Part shown: positions 50,053 through 61,973 of the stretch, one piece after another
Layout: the number at the start of each line of letters is the position of its first letter
Numbering within the stretch: position 1 is the stretch's first letter
Origin: an uncultured Actinomycetota bacterium
Lineage (GTDB): Bacteria; Actinomycetota; Actinomycetes; JAHEKZ01
Direction: 5' to 3'
NCBI GenBank assembly: GCA_963743915.1
Contig: CAVURN010000005.1
Coordinates: forward strand, 192,001 to 256,000
DNA length: 64,000 bases
Made by a program: the position numbers and the translations under genes
The notes under the pieces: generated by a model
Database searches by the model: none
The model's input: only the letters and a program-made list of their open reading frames with translations
What the model was told of the DNA's origin: nothing

Positions 50053-51092
50053 CCGGTCCTCCCCCCGCCGTCAGGACACCCAGCCGTTCCTGGGCGATCT
50101 CCCGCCTGCGCTCGGGCGGCAGGTGACAGCGGACCTCGTGCCCCGGGACCGTCTCGACCATGCGAGGGCGGACGTCCAGGCAGGCGTTGTCCGGCACCTC
50201 GTCCTTGTAGGGACAGCGGGGGCGGAAGACACAGCCGGCGGGCAGGTTGATGAGCGACGGAGGCTGGCCGGGGATCGGGTCGAGCCGTGCCGTCCGCGGC
50301 TGGTCCATGCGCGGCATGGAGGCCAGCAGCCCCAGGGTGTACGGCATCTCCGGCCGGTAGTAGACCTCGTCGACGGTGCCTCGCTCGACCAGCCGGCCCC
50401 CGTACATCACGGCCACCTGGTCGGCGACCTCGGCCACCACGCCGAGGTCGTGGGTGATGACGATCAACGCGGTGTGGAACTCCTGCTGCAGGCTCTTGAT
50501 CAGCTCGAGGATCTGCGCCTGCACGGTGACGTCGAGTGCCGTGGTGGGCTCGTCGGCGATCAGCAGGTCCGGTGAGTTGATGAGCGCCATCCCGATCATC
50601 ACCCGCTGCCGCATGCCGCCCGACAACTGGTGCGGGTAGTCGTCGATGCGGCGGTCGGCGCTCGGGATGCCGACCTTGTCGAGCATGTCGATGGCCTGGG
50701 CCCGAGCGTCCTGCTTGGAGATGTCCTGGTGCACCCTGATCGCCTCGACCAGCTGCTTGCCGATCCGGTAGAAGGGGTGGAGCGACGAGAGCGGGTCCTG
50801 GAAGATCATCGCCATCTCACGGCCGCGCAGCGACCGCAGGGCCTCATCGCTCTCGGCCACCAGATCGATGCCGTTGATGGTCACCGATCCGCTGACCGAG
50901 GCAGCCTTGCGGTTGATGAGCCCCAGGATGGCCTGACTGGTCACACTCTTGCCAGACCCGGATTCCCCGACGATGGCAAGGGTCTGACCACGCTCGAGGT
51001 CGAAGTTGACGCCGTCAACTGCACGGACGATCCCGTCCTCGGTCGGAAACTCGACGACCAGGTTGCGGACTGACGAGGTAGGGATCCGTCAC
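50045..51092 (-). CDS. oppD: Oligopeptide ABC transporter ATP-binding protein; +1 indel near 51073
   Basis: [45 protein letters not shown]. Confidence 0.88.
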
Positions 51093-52148
51093 GTCAGCCT
51101 CACCCGGGGGTCGATGGCCGCATACAGGATGTCGACGATGAGGTTGGCGATCAGCACGATGACCGAGGTCGACGATCACCACGCCGATGATGAGCTGCAG
51201 GTCGGAGTCGCTGATGGCATCGATGGTGGCACGACCCAGGCCCGGCAGCGCGAAGACCTGCTCGACGATCACCGCACCTCCGAGCAGGAAGGCAAGATCC
51301 AGCCCAGCGGCCGTGACGATCGGGGTGAGACCGGCTCGCAAACCGTGCTTGAAGATGACCGTCCGCTCGGGCAGCCCCTTCGAGCGCGCGGTGCGGATGT
51401 AGTCCTCCCCCAGCGTCTCGAGCATCTGGTTGCGCGTGAGCCGTGCGTAGAAGGCGGCATACAGCATGGCCAAGGTGATCCAGGGCAGGATCAGCGCCTC
51501 GAACCACCCCCAGGGATTCTCGCTGAGGGGCACCCACTCCGGATAGGGCAAGGGTTGCCACCCATCGAAAAGCTTCGGGGGCAGGAAGACGACGAAGTAG
51601 AGCAGCACCAGCCCGATGAAGAACGAGGGGAACGAGTACCCGATGAGCGCTGCGCCCATCGTGGTGCGATCCTGCCAGCGCCCACGCCGCAGGGCGGCGT
51701 AGATGCCCATCAGGATGCCGACCACGAGGAAGAGCACGAAGGCTCCGAGCGCCACGCTGATCGTGATCGGCATCGCCTTCACGATGATGCTGGTGACGTC
51801 GTCCCCGGTTCGGAAGGAGTAGCCCAGGCAGGGCGCGGGACACTCGAACTGGCCGTCCTGCGGCTGCAGGGAGTCGTCGAAGGCAGGACAGGCCATGATC
51901 GGGCCGTCCGCCGGGTAGAAGCGACCGCACGGAATCCCCACGGCGTAGCGGGCAAGCTGCGACCCCATGCTCTCGTCCAGACCAAGACGCTCTCGGATCA
52001 CCTCGATCTGCTGCGGCTCGCAGTTCTTGCCGCACGAGAGAGCAGCCGGATCGGCCGGCAGGGCCGAGAACATCACGAACGTGGTGGCCACCAGCGCCAC
52101 CAGCATGAAGAACACCGCGATCAGGCGGCGGACGATGAACGCACCCAC
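51089..52148 (-). CDS. oppB: Oligopeptide ABC transporter permease; +1 indel near 51171
   Basis: EDYIRTARSKGL, GGAVIVEQVFALPGLG; corrected frame ends [14 protein letters not shown]. Confidence 0.88.
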
Positions 52149-52214
52149 GCCAGTGAGCTCCTATGCGGACAAGCGACCGACTCGCGGTCGCGCGGAGGGT
52201 TGGGGTGTGACGAG

Positions 52215-52250
52215 GAGGTGGGGTTCCCGGCTGGCCGGGAACCCCACCTC
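52215..52250 (-). terminator. 17-bp perfect stem-loop after the substrate-binding protein gene
   Basis: gaggtggggttcccggc-tg-gccgggaaccccacctc. Confidence 0.8.
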
Positions 52251-52256
52251 GTCAGA

Positions 52257-53979
52257 TCACTGCTTGACGTACAGGTCCGCGTACGACCACGAGCCGTACG
52301 GGGCCCAGATGTACGCCCCTCCGACGTCAGTGCCGTGCAGGCGCTGCGTCTTGGTGAAGAAGCGCGGAACCACGTAGCCCTTCTGCACGGCCTCGGTGTT
52401 GAGGTCCGCCCACATCTGGATCTGCGTGTCCTGGTCGGTCTCGACCAGCGCCTCCTGGATCCCGTCCTCGAAGGCCTGGTCCTGGGTCTCGCCACCGGTG
52501 TTCAGGCGGGAGAGGTTGAACCCTGCCTCGGCTCCGAGGAGCTCGGGGATGACGGTCGACGGGTTCGCCCAGTCCGGACCCCAGCCGCTGTTCATCAGCG
52601 GGCAGTGCTTGTCCGACAGCACGATCCCGTAGTACTGACCGGGGTCGATCGGGTTGGCGGTCAGCGTGATGCCGGCGGCGTCCATCGACTCGATGAGAGC
52701 CTTGGTGGCCTTGTCGGCCGCCGGGCTCGTCGCGTAGTCGTAGCAGAGCTCAGGCATGGGCTCGCCGGACTCCTGGATCAGCTGCTTGGCCAGCTCGGGG
52801 TTGCCCTCGTCCGGGACGGGCTCGCCGAGGCAGTCCCTCCCAGAGGCCAGTCGGCACGTACCACGGGTCGAAGTTCGACTTGATGAGGCCGTCGGCGTAG
52901 TCACCGGCGAAGTCGCCGCCAGCAGCAGCGCGGAGCGCCGTGCGGTCGATCGCGGCCGCAATCGCCTGACGGTGCTTCTCGTTCGTCACCTGGGTCACGT
53001 CGACCGCGATGTAGGTGACGTACGGGTCGAACTCGTCCACTCGGCGGTCCTCGAAGCGCGGGTCGTTGAAGACCGTGGCGAACCGGGAGGGGTCGAGGTC
53101 GGAGTAGCCGAGCGACGTGGTGTCCTCACCGGCGTCGGTGATCAGACGCTCGTCGATGACGTCCTGCGCCAGTCCGAACTCCATGACGATCTTGTCGGGG
53201 AGAAGGGTGCGCACCGGGTCGGACTCAGGGTCCCATGCCTCGTTCGGGACGAGCACCAGCTCGCGCTTCTTCTCGTACGTCTCGATCTTGTAGGGGCCGG
53301 AGCTGATCGGCCGGTCGTCGTACGACTCGCCGGTGTCCTCGGCCTCGGGAACCGGGCTGAACGCCAGCAGGGTGGTGGCGTAGTTGAAGTCCGGCACCGG
53401 GCGGGAGAGGTTGAACGTGATGGTGTTGCCGTCGCACGTCACGGCCTCGTCGAAGCCCTCGACGTTGTTCTTCGCGCTCTTGTCGTAGGGGCCGGTGTAG
53501 TCCTCGACGTCGAGCATGGAGATGGCGTAGGTCGGGCCGTCGCTGATGACGTCCTGGGCGAACGTGCGTGAGACGCCGTACTTGACGTCCTCACAGGTCA
53601 CGGGGTCGCCGTTCTCGAAGGTGGCACCGTCGCGCAGCGTGAAGGACCACGACGTCGCGTCCTCGTTCGCCGTACCGAGGTCGGTCGCGAGGTCGGGAAC
53701 GATGTTCCAGCCGTCGCCACCTTCCACGAAGTCGTACGTGACGAGCGTGCGGTGCATGTAGGCGCCGGCGAACGCCAGGTCCTCACCCGTGTAGTTGCGC
53801 TGCGGGTCGAGGTGCTGGATCTGGCTCCCGATGGACAGGAACGTGATCGTGCCGCCTGGTGTCGCATCGCCTGTGTCGGATCCGCCGCCGTCGTCGTCCC
53901 CGCCACCGCAGGCGGTCAGCAACAGCGCACCGACGCCGACCAGCGCCGCGCCACGCAGGCCAATTGTGGCCTTACCCAT
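52257..53979 (-). CDS. oppA: Oligopeptide ABC transporter substrate-binding lipoprotein; +1 indel near 52830
   Basis: Lipobox LTAC, PDLATDLG, WSFTLRDG, SSGPYK; C-terminal half in ORF 52257..52961 (GWGPDW). Confidence 0.88.
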
Positions 53980-54090
53980 GGGTCTCCTTCGATTCGTGGC
54001 CCGGCACGTGCTCCCGAGCCGCCTGATGCCTCGCCTTGTGAGCGAACTGCCCCGGCCGGGTCGGCCAGGGACGGGTGAGGGGCGTGCCGG

Positions 54091-55113
54091 TCATACCCGG
54101 CCCGCCCGCGGGTCGAGCGCGTCGCGCACGCTGTCCCCGAGCTGGTTGAACACGAGCACCACGAAGAAGAGCGCGGTACCCGGGATGAAGAGATAGGTGG
54201 GCATGACCGTCACGTAGGTGACCGAGTCGGCGAGCATCTTGCCCCAAGTGGTGGCAGGGGGAGCGACACCCACCCCCAAGAAGGCCAGCGCCGCCTCGAA
54301 GGCGATGTAGCTGGGCAGGGTGATGGTCGTGTAGACGAGGATCGGCGCCCAGAGGTTGGGAATGAGCTCCTTGAAGACGATCCTTCGGCCGCTCGACCCC
54401 ATGGCGACCGCCGACTCGACGAACTCGCGCTCGCGCAGGCTGATCACCTGACCACGGATGATGCGGGCCAGGTACGGCCAGCCGAAGACGCCGAAGACCA
54501 GGATCATGTACGTCACGCGGGCCGGGTTGCCCGGAGGTACGCCCATGGCTTCAAGCCGCTGCACGAGCGGGGGTTGCAAGGCCAGCAGCATGATCAGCAG
54601 CGGGAAGACCAGGACGAAGTCCATGAGCCGCCCCAGTGCCGAGTCGACCCACCCGCCTGCGAAGCCGCTGATGGTGCCCAGGATCACGCCGATGACGACG
54701 GTGATGATCGTGGCCGTGATCGCCACCAGGAGCGAGATGCGCGCGCCGAAGAGCAGCATCATCGCGATGTCGGTGCCCGTGCCCGGCTCGACCCCCAACG
54801 GGTGGGACCAGCTGATCCCGGAGTTGAGGAAGCCGAAGGGGAGCCCACCGGTGGACATGTCCAGCTGGTCGACGTGGCTCTTGGTGGGGTTGTCCAGGAA
54901 GAAGTTGGCGATCGGGGGACCCACCGTCACCAGCAGCAGGATCACCACGACCGAGATCAGGGAGAACATCCCCCACTTGTCCCGCCGCAGCCGCGACCAG
55001 GCGATGGCCTTCAGCGAGCGGCCAGCGATCACCTCGGCCTTTTCGCCGTCACCCAGGGGTTGCGCGTCGAGGATCTCGTCCTCGACGGTGCTGGGAATGA
55101 TCGGACTGGACAT
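54091..55113 (-). CDS. oppC: Oligopeptide ABC transporter permease
   Basis: HPLG, GARISL, REREFVESA, EAALAFLGVG, FNQLGDSVRDALDP. Confidence 0.9.
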   Translation of the reverse strand: MSSPIIPSTVEDEILDAQPLGDGEKAEVIAGRSLKAIAWSRLRRDKWGMFSLISVVVILLLVTVGPPIANFFLDNPTKSHVDQLDMSTGGLPFGFLNSGISWSHPLGVEPGTGTDIAMMLLFGARISLLVAITATIITVVIGVILGTISGFAGGWVDSALGRLMDFVLVFPLLIMLLALQPPLVQRLEAMGVPPGNPARVTYMILVFGVFGWPYLARIIRGQVISLREREFVESAVAMGSSGRRIVFKELIPNLWAPILVYTTITLPSYIAFEAALAFLGVGVAPPATTWGKMLADSVTYVTVMPTYLFIPGTALFFVVLVFNQLGDSVRDALDPRAGRV

Positions 55114-55265
55114 ACGGGGCCCGGGACCTCCTGAACATCACGACGCGCCGGCGGATCGCCGGGACGGGGCGAACCTACGGCATGGATTCGTCACCGCCCA
55201 AGGGTTGACCCCACCTCGTGACCTGGTGTGTCCAAATCGTGACACGGGTCCGGAAGGAGGGGACC

Positions 55266-57143
55266 TTAGGCCCGCTTGGCCCGGGCCCTTTGCCGGTTGC
55301 GGTCGTTCTGGTCCAGGATCACTTTCCGTAGCCGGACGGTCGCGGGGGTCACCTCGACGCACTCGTCCTCGCGGCAGAACTCCAGCGCCTGCTCCATGGA
55401 GAGCTGCCGGTGGGGGATCAGCGGCACCAGGACGTCCCCCGTGGCGGAGCGCATGTTGGTGAGCTTCTTCTCCTTGGTCGGGTTGACGTCCATGTCGTCC
55501 GACCGCGAGTTCTCGCCCACGATCATGCCCTCGTAGACCTCGGTCCCAGGTCCCACGAACATCGTGCCGCGCTCCTGCAGGTTGGCCAGCGCGAAACCGG
55601 TCGTGTCGCCACGGCGGTCCGCGACCAACGAGCCCGTGGGCCGCGTCCGCAGCTCCCCGTGCCAGGGCTCGTAGCGCTCGAACACGTGGTGCAGGAGCCC
55701 GGTCCCGCGGGTCTCGGTGAGGAACTCGGTGCGGAAGCCGATCATCCCGCGGGCCGGCACCAGGTACTCCATCCGCACCCAGCCCGTGCCGTGGTTCACC
55801 ATCTGCTCCATCCGCCCCTTGCGGAGCGCCATGAGCTGGGTGACCACCCCGAGGTAGTCCTCGGGGATGTCCACCGTCAGCCGCTCGACGGGCTCGTGCA
55901 CCGCGCCGTCGATCTCGCGGGTGACGACCTGCGGTTTGCCGACCGTGAGCTCGAACCCCTCGCGGCGCATCATCTCGACCAGAACGGCGAGCTGCAGCTC
56001 GCCTCGTCCCTGGACCTCCCAGGTGTCAGGACGCTCGGTCTCGTGGACCCGGATCGACACGTTGCCGACGAGCTCGGCCTCCAGGCGGGTCTTGACCATC
56101 CGCGCCGTCAGCTTGGACCCGCTGTGACCTGCCAGCGGCGAGGTGTTGATGCCGATCGTCATCGAGATCGACGGCTCGTCGACGGTGATGACGGGCAGCG
56201 GACGCGGGTCGTCCGCGTCCGCCAGGGTCTCGCCGATGGTGATCTCGGGGATGCCGGCGACGGCGATGATGTCGCCGTGGGACGCCGACTCTGCCGGCAC
56301 CCGGTCCAGCGCCTCGGTGATGAGCAGCTCGGTGACCTTCACCCGCTCGATCGAGCCGTCCGCTCGGCACCACGCCACCGTCTGACCCTTGGCGATCGTG
56401 CCGTTGTGGACGCGGCAGAGCGCCAGACGCCCGAGGTAGGGCGACGCGTCCAGGTTGGTGACATGGGCCTGCAGCGGAGCCTCGGGGTCGTACCGCGGCG
56501 CGGGGACGGTCTCGACGATGGCCGTGAACAGCGGCTCGAGGTCGGGACTGTCGGGCAGACCGCCGTCCTCGGGCTTGCTGAGCGATGCCCGTCCGTTCTT
56601 CGCTGAGGCGTACACGATCGGGAAGTCGATCTGGGACTCGTCGGCGTCCAGATCCAGGAAGAGCTCGTAGGTCTCGTCCACGACGTCGGAGATCCGCGCG
56701 TCAGGGCGGTCGACCTTGTTGACCACCAGCACCACGGGCAGTCTCTTCTGCAGCGCCTTCCGCAGCACGAACCGCGTCTGCGGCAAGGGGCCCTCGCTGG
56801 CGTCCACGAGCAGCAGGACGCCGTCGACCATCTCGAGCCCCCGCTCGACCTCGCCTCCGAAGTCGGCGTGCCCAGGGGTGTCGATGATGTTGAGGGTGAC
56901 CTGCTGGCCATCGGCCATGTCATGCCTGACCGCGGTGTTCTTGGCCAGGATCGTGATGCCCTTCTCGCGCTCGAGGTCCATCGAGTCCATGACCCGGTCA
57001 GCGACGTCGGCGTTCTCGCGGAACGCGCCGGACTGCCAGAGCATCGCGTCGACGAGGGTGGTCTTGCCGTGGTCCACGTGCGCGACGATGGCCACGTTGC
57101 GCAGGTCCGTACGGGCGGCAGTGCGGGCGGCTGAAGACGCCAT
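55266..57143 (-). CDS. typA: Translational GTPase TypA/BipA
   Basis: AHVDHGKTT, EKGITILAKN, DTPGHADFGGEVER, NKVD, GRGELQL. Confidence 0.97.
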   Translation of the reverse strand: MASSAARTAARTDLRNVAIVAHVDHGKTTLVDAMLWQSGAFRENADVADRVMDSMDLEREKGITILAKNTAVRHDMADGQQVTLNIIDTPGHADFGGEVERGLEMVDGVLLLVDASEGPLPQTRFVLRKALQKRLPVVLVVNKVDRPDARISDVVDETYELFLDLDADESQIDFPIVYASAKNGRASLSKPEDGGLPDSPDLEPLFTAIVETVPAPRYDPEAPLQAHVTNLDASPYLGRLALCRVHNGTIAKGQTVAWCRADGSIERVKVTELLITEALDRVPAESASHGDIIAVAGIPEITIGETLADADDPRPLPVITVDEPSISMTIGINTSPLAGHSGSKLTARMVKTRLEAELVGNVSIRVHETERPDTWEVQGRGELQLAVLVEMMRREGFELTVGKPQVVTREIDGAVHEPVERLTVDIPEDYLGVVTQLMALRKGRMEQMVNHGTGWVRMEYLVPARGMIGFRTEFLTETRGTGLLHHVFERYEPWHGELRTRPTGSLVADRRGDTTGFALANLQERGTMFVGPGTEVYEGMIVGENSRSDDMDVNPTKEKKLTNMRSATGDVLVPLIPHRQLSMEQALEFCREDECVEVTPATVRLRKVILDQNDRNRQRARAKRA

Positions 57144-57201
57144 GGGCGTGCAAACTCGCTCTCGAGAAGGGGAAGGACCACCGAACGGTGACCTGACCAG
57201 T

Positions 57202-58068
57202 CTACGGGGCGCGCCTGGGCGTGGTTCGGACGGTCATACCGCTGCCGTCGTCGTTGACGGCATAGGCGATGTCGATCGCGCCGAGCTCGTCGAGGCGAGA
57301 AAGGTGAGTTCCCCCGCACGGCATCTCCCCGGTTCCCTCCGGCAGGGCGCAGGTCCAACGACGCCGCCCGGTGACCCGACGGTCACCGTCGTCCTCCACC
57401 CGGACCTCGGCCGCCGAGGCGATCCACTGGGCCAGCTGGGTCTCGACCGCCTCGACCACCTCCGACAGGGACGCGGTGAAGGCCGCGGCATCGAAACCCT
57501 TCTTCCGCAGGCTCTTGCCGAACCGGTAGGTGTCGGTTGATCCCTCCCGGTCCATCACCGAGGAGACCATCGCGATCTGGTCCAGGTCCGGTCTGCCGAG
57601 GGAGTCGCTCCGGATGTCCTTCCCCTCACGCCAGAACCTCGCGGTGGCTTCGTTCATGGCCAGCGCAGCCAGGTGGCAGGCGGTGTGCGAGGCCGACAGG
57701 TCCGCGCGTCTGTCGGCGTCCACCACGAGCTCGGCCACGTCACCTGGCGAGGGGGCCGGCCCGCCCAGCACGTGGGCCACCAGCCACGTCCAGCCGGCCT
57801 CGCCACGTCTGACGGGGATGTCGCTGCCGACCCGCAGGGCTCCGTCGGGGCCGAGCGCCGCCATCCGGGTGTCGAGGACCGGGACGCCGGACAAGTGCCC
57901 GGTGTCCCCGGGCTGGTCGGGCCAGGAGTGGTCGATCGGGTGGAAGGGCGTGGTGTCCACCACCACGACAGCCCCGTCGGCCCCGCCTGCCACCGTGACG
58001 ACCTGACCGGTCCCACGGGTGGCGCCGTCGGCGAAGGTCACCACCGTCTCCTGCAGCTCCTCGGCCAT
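57202..58068 (-). CDS. AlaX-like tRNA-editing / metal-dependent hydrolase
   Basis: TTPFHP..QPGDTG, HTACH and CGGTH zinc motifs. Confidence 0.78.
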   Translation of the reverse strand: MAEELQETVVTFADGATRGTGQVVTVAGGADGAVVVVDTTPFHPIDHSWPDQPGDTGHLSGVPVLDTRMAALGPDGALRVGSDIPVRRGEAGWTWLVAHVLGGPAPSPGDVAELVVDADRRADLSASHTACHLAALAMNEATARFWREGKDIRSDSLGRPDLDQIAMVSSVMDREGSTDTYRFGKSLRKKGFDAAAFTASLSEVVEAVETQLAQWIASAAEVRVEDDGDRRVTGRRRWTCALPEGTGEMPCGGTHLSRLDELGAIDIAYAVNDDGSGMTVRTTPRRAP

Positions 58069-58179
58069 GGGTGCCAGCCAACACGACCACTTGGGTCAAG
58101 GTGCTGGCGCCCCCGGCGGCCCTCGGCCAGACTGCCCAGGACGATGTGACCCACCTCACCGACGAGGAGGTGCTCCACG

Positions 58180-58431
58180 ATGAGCATTCCGCCCCAGGAC
58201 GTCACGGCCGCGCGTCGTGCCGCCACCGACCTCGTGCGCGCTGTCGAGATCCTCAAGGCCCGGCACGGGGACAGCGTCGACATGCGGCGGCTGCTCGCCG
58301 ATGCCCAGCGGATCAGCGAGGACCTCGACATCCTCGCCGGCCCCGAGGCTCCGTCCATGGACGACGAGCCGATCCTGATCCCCGACCACGACTACCCTCC
58401 GGAGATGTGGCACGACGCGGACCGCGAATGA
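58180..58431 (+). CDS. Small protein heading the sdh1 operon (Rv0250c-like)
   Basis: HGDSVDMRRL...IPDHDY...WHDAD; position upstream of the membrane anchor. Confidence 0.65.
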   Translation: MSIPPQDVTAARRAATDLVRAVEILKARHGDSVDMRRLLADAQRISEDLDILAGPEAPSMDDEPILIPDHDYPPEMWHDADRE

Positions 58432-58465
58432 CCTGCCCCCCGGCCGCCTCGACCTCGGAGAGCCC

Positions 58466-59284
58466 ATGACCACCACTGCCCCCTCCGGCCCCCTCAGCTC
58501 GGGCACCGGAGCACCGGGCCGTGCCCGCATCACGGCGCGCACCCTGCGCACGGACCGGTGGTGGCTCCAGCCAGCCATCACCATGGTGGTACTGCTGGCC
58601 TTCGTCGTGTACGCCACCTGGCGCGCCTTCGAGAACGCGTACTACTACGCCTCGCCCTACCTGTCGCCGTTCTACTCCCCCTGCGTCGCCGAGAACTGCA
58701 CGCCGGGGTCGGACGACTTCGGCCGGCTCGTCGGAGACTGGTGGGCGCTGTCACCGGCGCTGCTCATCCTGGTCTTCCCTCTGGGATTCCGGATGACCTG
58801 CTACTACTACCGCAAGGCGTACTACCGCTCGTTCTGGATGTCGCCGCCCGCCTGTGCCGTCGCCGAGCCGCACCGCTCCTACACCGGTGAGACCAGGGCG
58901 CCCCTGATTCTGCAGAACTCGCACCGCTGGTTCTTCTACGCCGGCCTGGCGTTCAACGTCATCCTCACCTGGGACGCCGTCCTCGGTTTCCGCAACGCCG
59001 ACGGTGAGTGGGGGCACATGGGGCTGGGAACACTGTTCCTGGTGACGAACGCGACCCTGCTGTGGCTCTACTCGCTGTCGTGCCACTCGTGCCGCAACAC
59101 CATCGGCGGTCGCCTCAAGCACTTCTCCCGGCACCCGATCCGCTACCGCGCGTGGACCTGGGTGAGCCGGATGAACCACCACCACCCGCTCTTCGCGTGG
59201 CTCTCGCTCTTCGGCGTCGCGCTGACCGACCTGTACATCATGCTGCTGGCCCGCGGAACCATCACCGACATCACCTTCTTCTGA
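58466..59284 (+). CDS. Succinate dehydrogenase membrane anchor (Rv0249c-like)
   Basis: RTLRTDRWW, SPFYSPC, FRMTCYYYRKAYYRSFW, SCHSCR. Confidence 0.88.
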   Translation: MTTTAPSGPLSSGTGAPGRARITARTLRTDRWWLQPAITMVVLLAFVVYATWRAFENAYYYASPYLSPFYSPCVAENCTPGSDDFGRLVGDWWALSPALLILVFPLGFRMTCYYYRKAYYRSFWMSPPACAVAEPHRSYTGETRAPLILQNSHRWFFYAGLAFNVILTWDAVLGFRNADGEWGHMGLGTLFLVTNATLLWLYSLSCHSCRNTIGGRLKHFSRHPIRYRAWTWVSRMNHHHPLFAWLSLFGVALTDLYIMLLARGTITDITFF

Positions 59285-59312
59285 GCGACGACCGCCCTCA
59301 CGAAAGGACCCC

Positions 59313-61208
59313 ATGACCGACCTGGAACGCCACTCCTACGACGTCGTCGTGATCGGCGCCGGAGGAGCCGGACTGCGCGCCGCGATCGAGGCGCGCAGTC
59401 ACGGGCTGCGGACCGCGATCATCTGCAAGTCGCTGTTCGGCAAGGCGCACACGGTCATGGCCGAGGGCGGCATCGCGGCCTCCATGGGCAACGTCAACAG
59501 CAACGACGGCTGGCAGGTCCATTTCCGCGACACCATGCGGGGCGGCAAGTTCCTCAACCACTGGCGGATGGCCGAGCTCCACGCGAAGGAGGCACCGGAA
59601 AGAGTCTGGGAGCTGGAGACGTGGGGTGCCCTCTTCGACCGCACGCCGGACGGCCGCATCAGCCAACGCAACTTCGGTGGCCACGAGTACCCCCGGCTCG
59701 CCCACGTCGGCGACCGCACCGGTCTTGAGCTGATCCGGACGCTGCAGCAGCGCATCGTCGCACTGCAGCAGCAGGACGAACGCGAGCTCGGCAACCCCGA
59801 GGCGCGGATCCGGGTCTTCGCCGAGTGCACGATCACCGAGATCCTGAAGGACGGTGACCGGGTCGCCGGGGCGTTCGGGTACTGGCGGGAGTCCGGGCGC
59901 TTCATCACGTTCAGCGCGCCCGCGGTGATCCTGGCCACCGGCGGCATCGGCAAGTCGTTCAAGGTGACCAGCAACTCGTGGGAGTACACCGGCGACGGTC
60001 ACGCGCTGGCACTTCGGGCGGGTGGGTCGTTGGTCAACATGGAGTTCATCCAGTTCCACCCCACCGGCATGGTGTGGCCGCCCAGCGTCAAGGGGATCCT
60101 CGTCACCGAGTCGGTGCGCGGTGACGGCGGCGTGCTGCGCAACGCCGGCGGGCAGCGCTTCATGTTCGACTACGTGCCCGAGGTGTTCCGCGAGAAGTAC
60201 GCCCACGACGAGGCCGAGGGCGACCGCTGGTACACCGACCCCGACACCAACCGGAGACCCCCTGAGCTGCTTCCTCGTGACGAAGTCGCGCGGGCGATCA
60301 ACTCCGAGGTCAAGGCGGGACGCGGCTCACCGCACGGCGGAGTCTTTCTGGACGTCTCGACACGGCTGCCCGCCGAGACCATCCGGCGCAAGCTCCCCTC
60401 CATGTACCACCAGTTCAAGGAGCTCGCGGGGGTCGACATCACCGCCGAACCGATGGAGGTCGGTCCGACGTGCCACTACGTCATGGGTGGCGTGGAGGTC
60501 GTGCCTGACGACTGCGCGGCAGTCGGCGTCCCCGGGCTCTTCGCGGCCGGCGAGGTCGCGGGCGGGATGCACGGCTCGAACCGGCTGGGCGGTAACTCGC
60601 TCTCGGATCTCCTGGTCTTCGGACGCCGAGCCGGGCTGGGCGCAGCACAGTACGTCGCCTCACTCAGCGACGAGCGCCCACAGGTCCCCGCCGCCACCAT
60701 CGACACGGCCGCCGAGGACGCCGTGCGCCCCTTCGCCGGCGACGGCGGGGAGAACCCCTACACCCTCCACACCGAGCTGCAGATGACGATGAACGACCTG
60801 GTCGGGATCATCCGCCGCAAGGAGGAGATGGAAGACGCCCTCGAGAAGCTCGAGGAGCTGAAGGAACGTGCCCGCGGCGTCACGGTCGAGGGCCACCGAC
60901 AGTTCAACCCGGGCTGGCACCTCGCCCTCGACCTGGCGAACATGCTTCTGGTCTCCGAGTGCGTGGCCCGCGCGGCACTCATGCGGGAGGAGTCGCGCGG
61001 CGGCCACACGCGCGAGGACTACCCGTTGATGAGCGACGACTGGCGGCAGTGGAACTTGATCTGCCGGGCGCCGGCAGACGCCGTCGAGGTGGTGAAGCAG
61101 CCGCTGCCCACGATGCCCACCGAGCTGCTCTCGCTCTTCGACCGTGACGAGCTCAGCAAGTACATGACCGAGGACGAGCTGTCCGCGCTTCCGAGGGGCG
61201 ATGCCTGA
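59313..61208 (+). CDS. sdhA: Succinate dehydrogenase/fumarate reductase flavoprotein subunit
   Basis: GAGGAG, AHTVMAEGG, QFHPTG, HGSNRLGGNSL, ESRGGH. Confidence 0.94.
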   Translation: MTDLERHSYDVVVIGAGGAGLRAAIEARSHGLRTAIICKSLFGKAHTVMAEGGIAASMGNVNSNDGWQVHFRDTMRGGKFLNHWRMAELHAKEAPERVWELETWGALFDRTPDGRISQRNFGGHEYPRLAHVGDRTGLELIRTLQQRIVALQQQDERELGNPEARIRVFAECTITEILKDGDRVAGAFGYWRESGRFITFSAPAVILATGGIGKSFKVTSNSWEYTGDGHALALRAGGSLVNMEFIQFHPTGMVWPPSVKGILVTESVRGDGGVLRNAGGQRFMFDYVPEVFREKYAHDEAEGDRWYTDPDTNRRPPELLPRDEVARAINSEVKAGRGSPHGGVFLDVSTRLPAETIRRKLPSMYHQFKELAGVDITAEPMEVGPTCHYVMGGVEVVPDDCAAVGVPGLFAAGEVAGGMHGSNRLGGNSLSDLLVFGRRAGLGAAQYVASLSDERPQVPAATIDTAAEDAVRPFAGDGGENPYTLHTELQMTMNDLVGIIRRKEEMEDALEKLEELKERARGVTVEGHRQFNPGWHLALDLANMLLVSECVARAALMREESRGGHTREDYPLMSDDWRQWNLICRAPADAVEVVKQPLPTMPTELLSLFDRDELSKYMTEDELSALPRGDA

Positions 61209-61973
61209 TGGGATACACCGCACGTCTCCGGGTGTGGCGAGGATCCGACGACCAGGGCGAGCTGCAGGACTTCGAGGTCGAGGTCAACGAGGGTGAGGTC
61301 GTGCTCGACATCATCCACCGGCTCCAGGCGACCCAGACGCCCGACCTGGCCGTCCGTTGGAACTGCAAGGCCGGCAAGTGCGGATCGTGCAGCGCCGAGA
61401 TCAACGGTCGACCGCGCCTGATGTGCATGACGCGGATGAGCACCTTCGACCAGAGCGAGACGGTCACGGTCACACCGCTGCGCGCCTTCCCCGTCATCCG
61501 GGACCTCGTCACCGACGTCTCCTTCAACTACCAGAAGGCCAGAGAGGTCCCGTCCTTTACGCCGCCGGCCGCCCTCAAGGCAGGCGAATACCGGATGCAG
61601 CAGATCGACGTCGAGCGCAGCCAGGAGTTCCGCAAGTGCATCGAGTGCTTCCTCTGTCAGGACACCTGTCACGTCATCCGTGACCACGAGGAGAACAAGG
61701 AAGTCTTCGCCGGCCCCCGGTTCTTCATCCGGATCGCCGAGCTGAACATGCACCCGCTCGACACCCTGGAGCGCCGTCACTCCGCTCAGGAGGAGTACGG
61801 CCTCGGGTACTGCAACATCACGAAGTGCTGCACCGAGGTGTGCCCCGAGGGCATCCACATCACGGACAACGCCATCATCCCGATGAAGGAGCGCGTGGTC
61901 GATGCGAAGTACGACCCCGCGTTCGGGCTCTTCCGGAAGCTGCGCGAGCGCTCAGGCTCGACGCGCAGCATGA
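61208..61973 (+). CDS. sdhB: Succinate dehydrogenase iron-sulfur subunit; reads through into a TPR-like ORF as sequenced
   Basis: CKAGKCGSC, CIECFLCQDTC, CNITKCCTEVCP; homology appears to end near KYDP...FRKLR; end coordinate inferred from ATGA. Confidence 0.88.

Noticed and set aside
50045-53979. Decayed opp operon
   Set aside because: One indel per gene and no nonsense codons; more consistent with sequencing error
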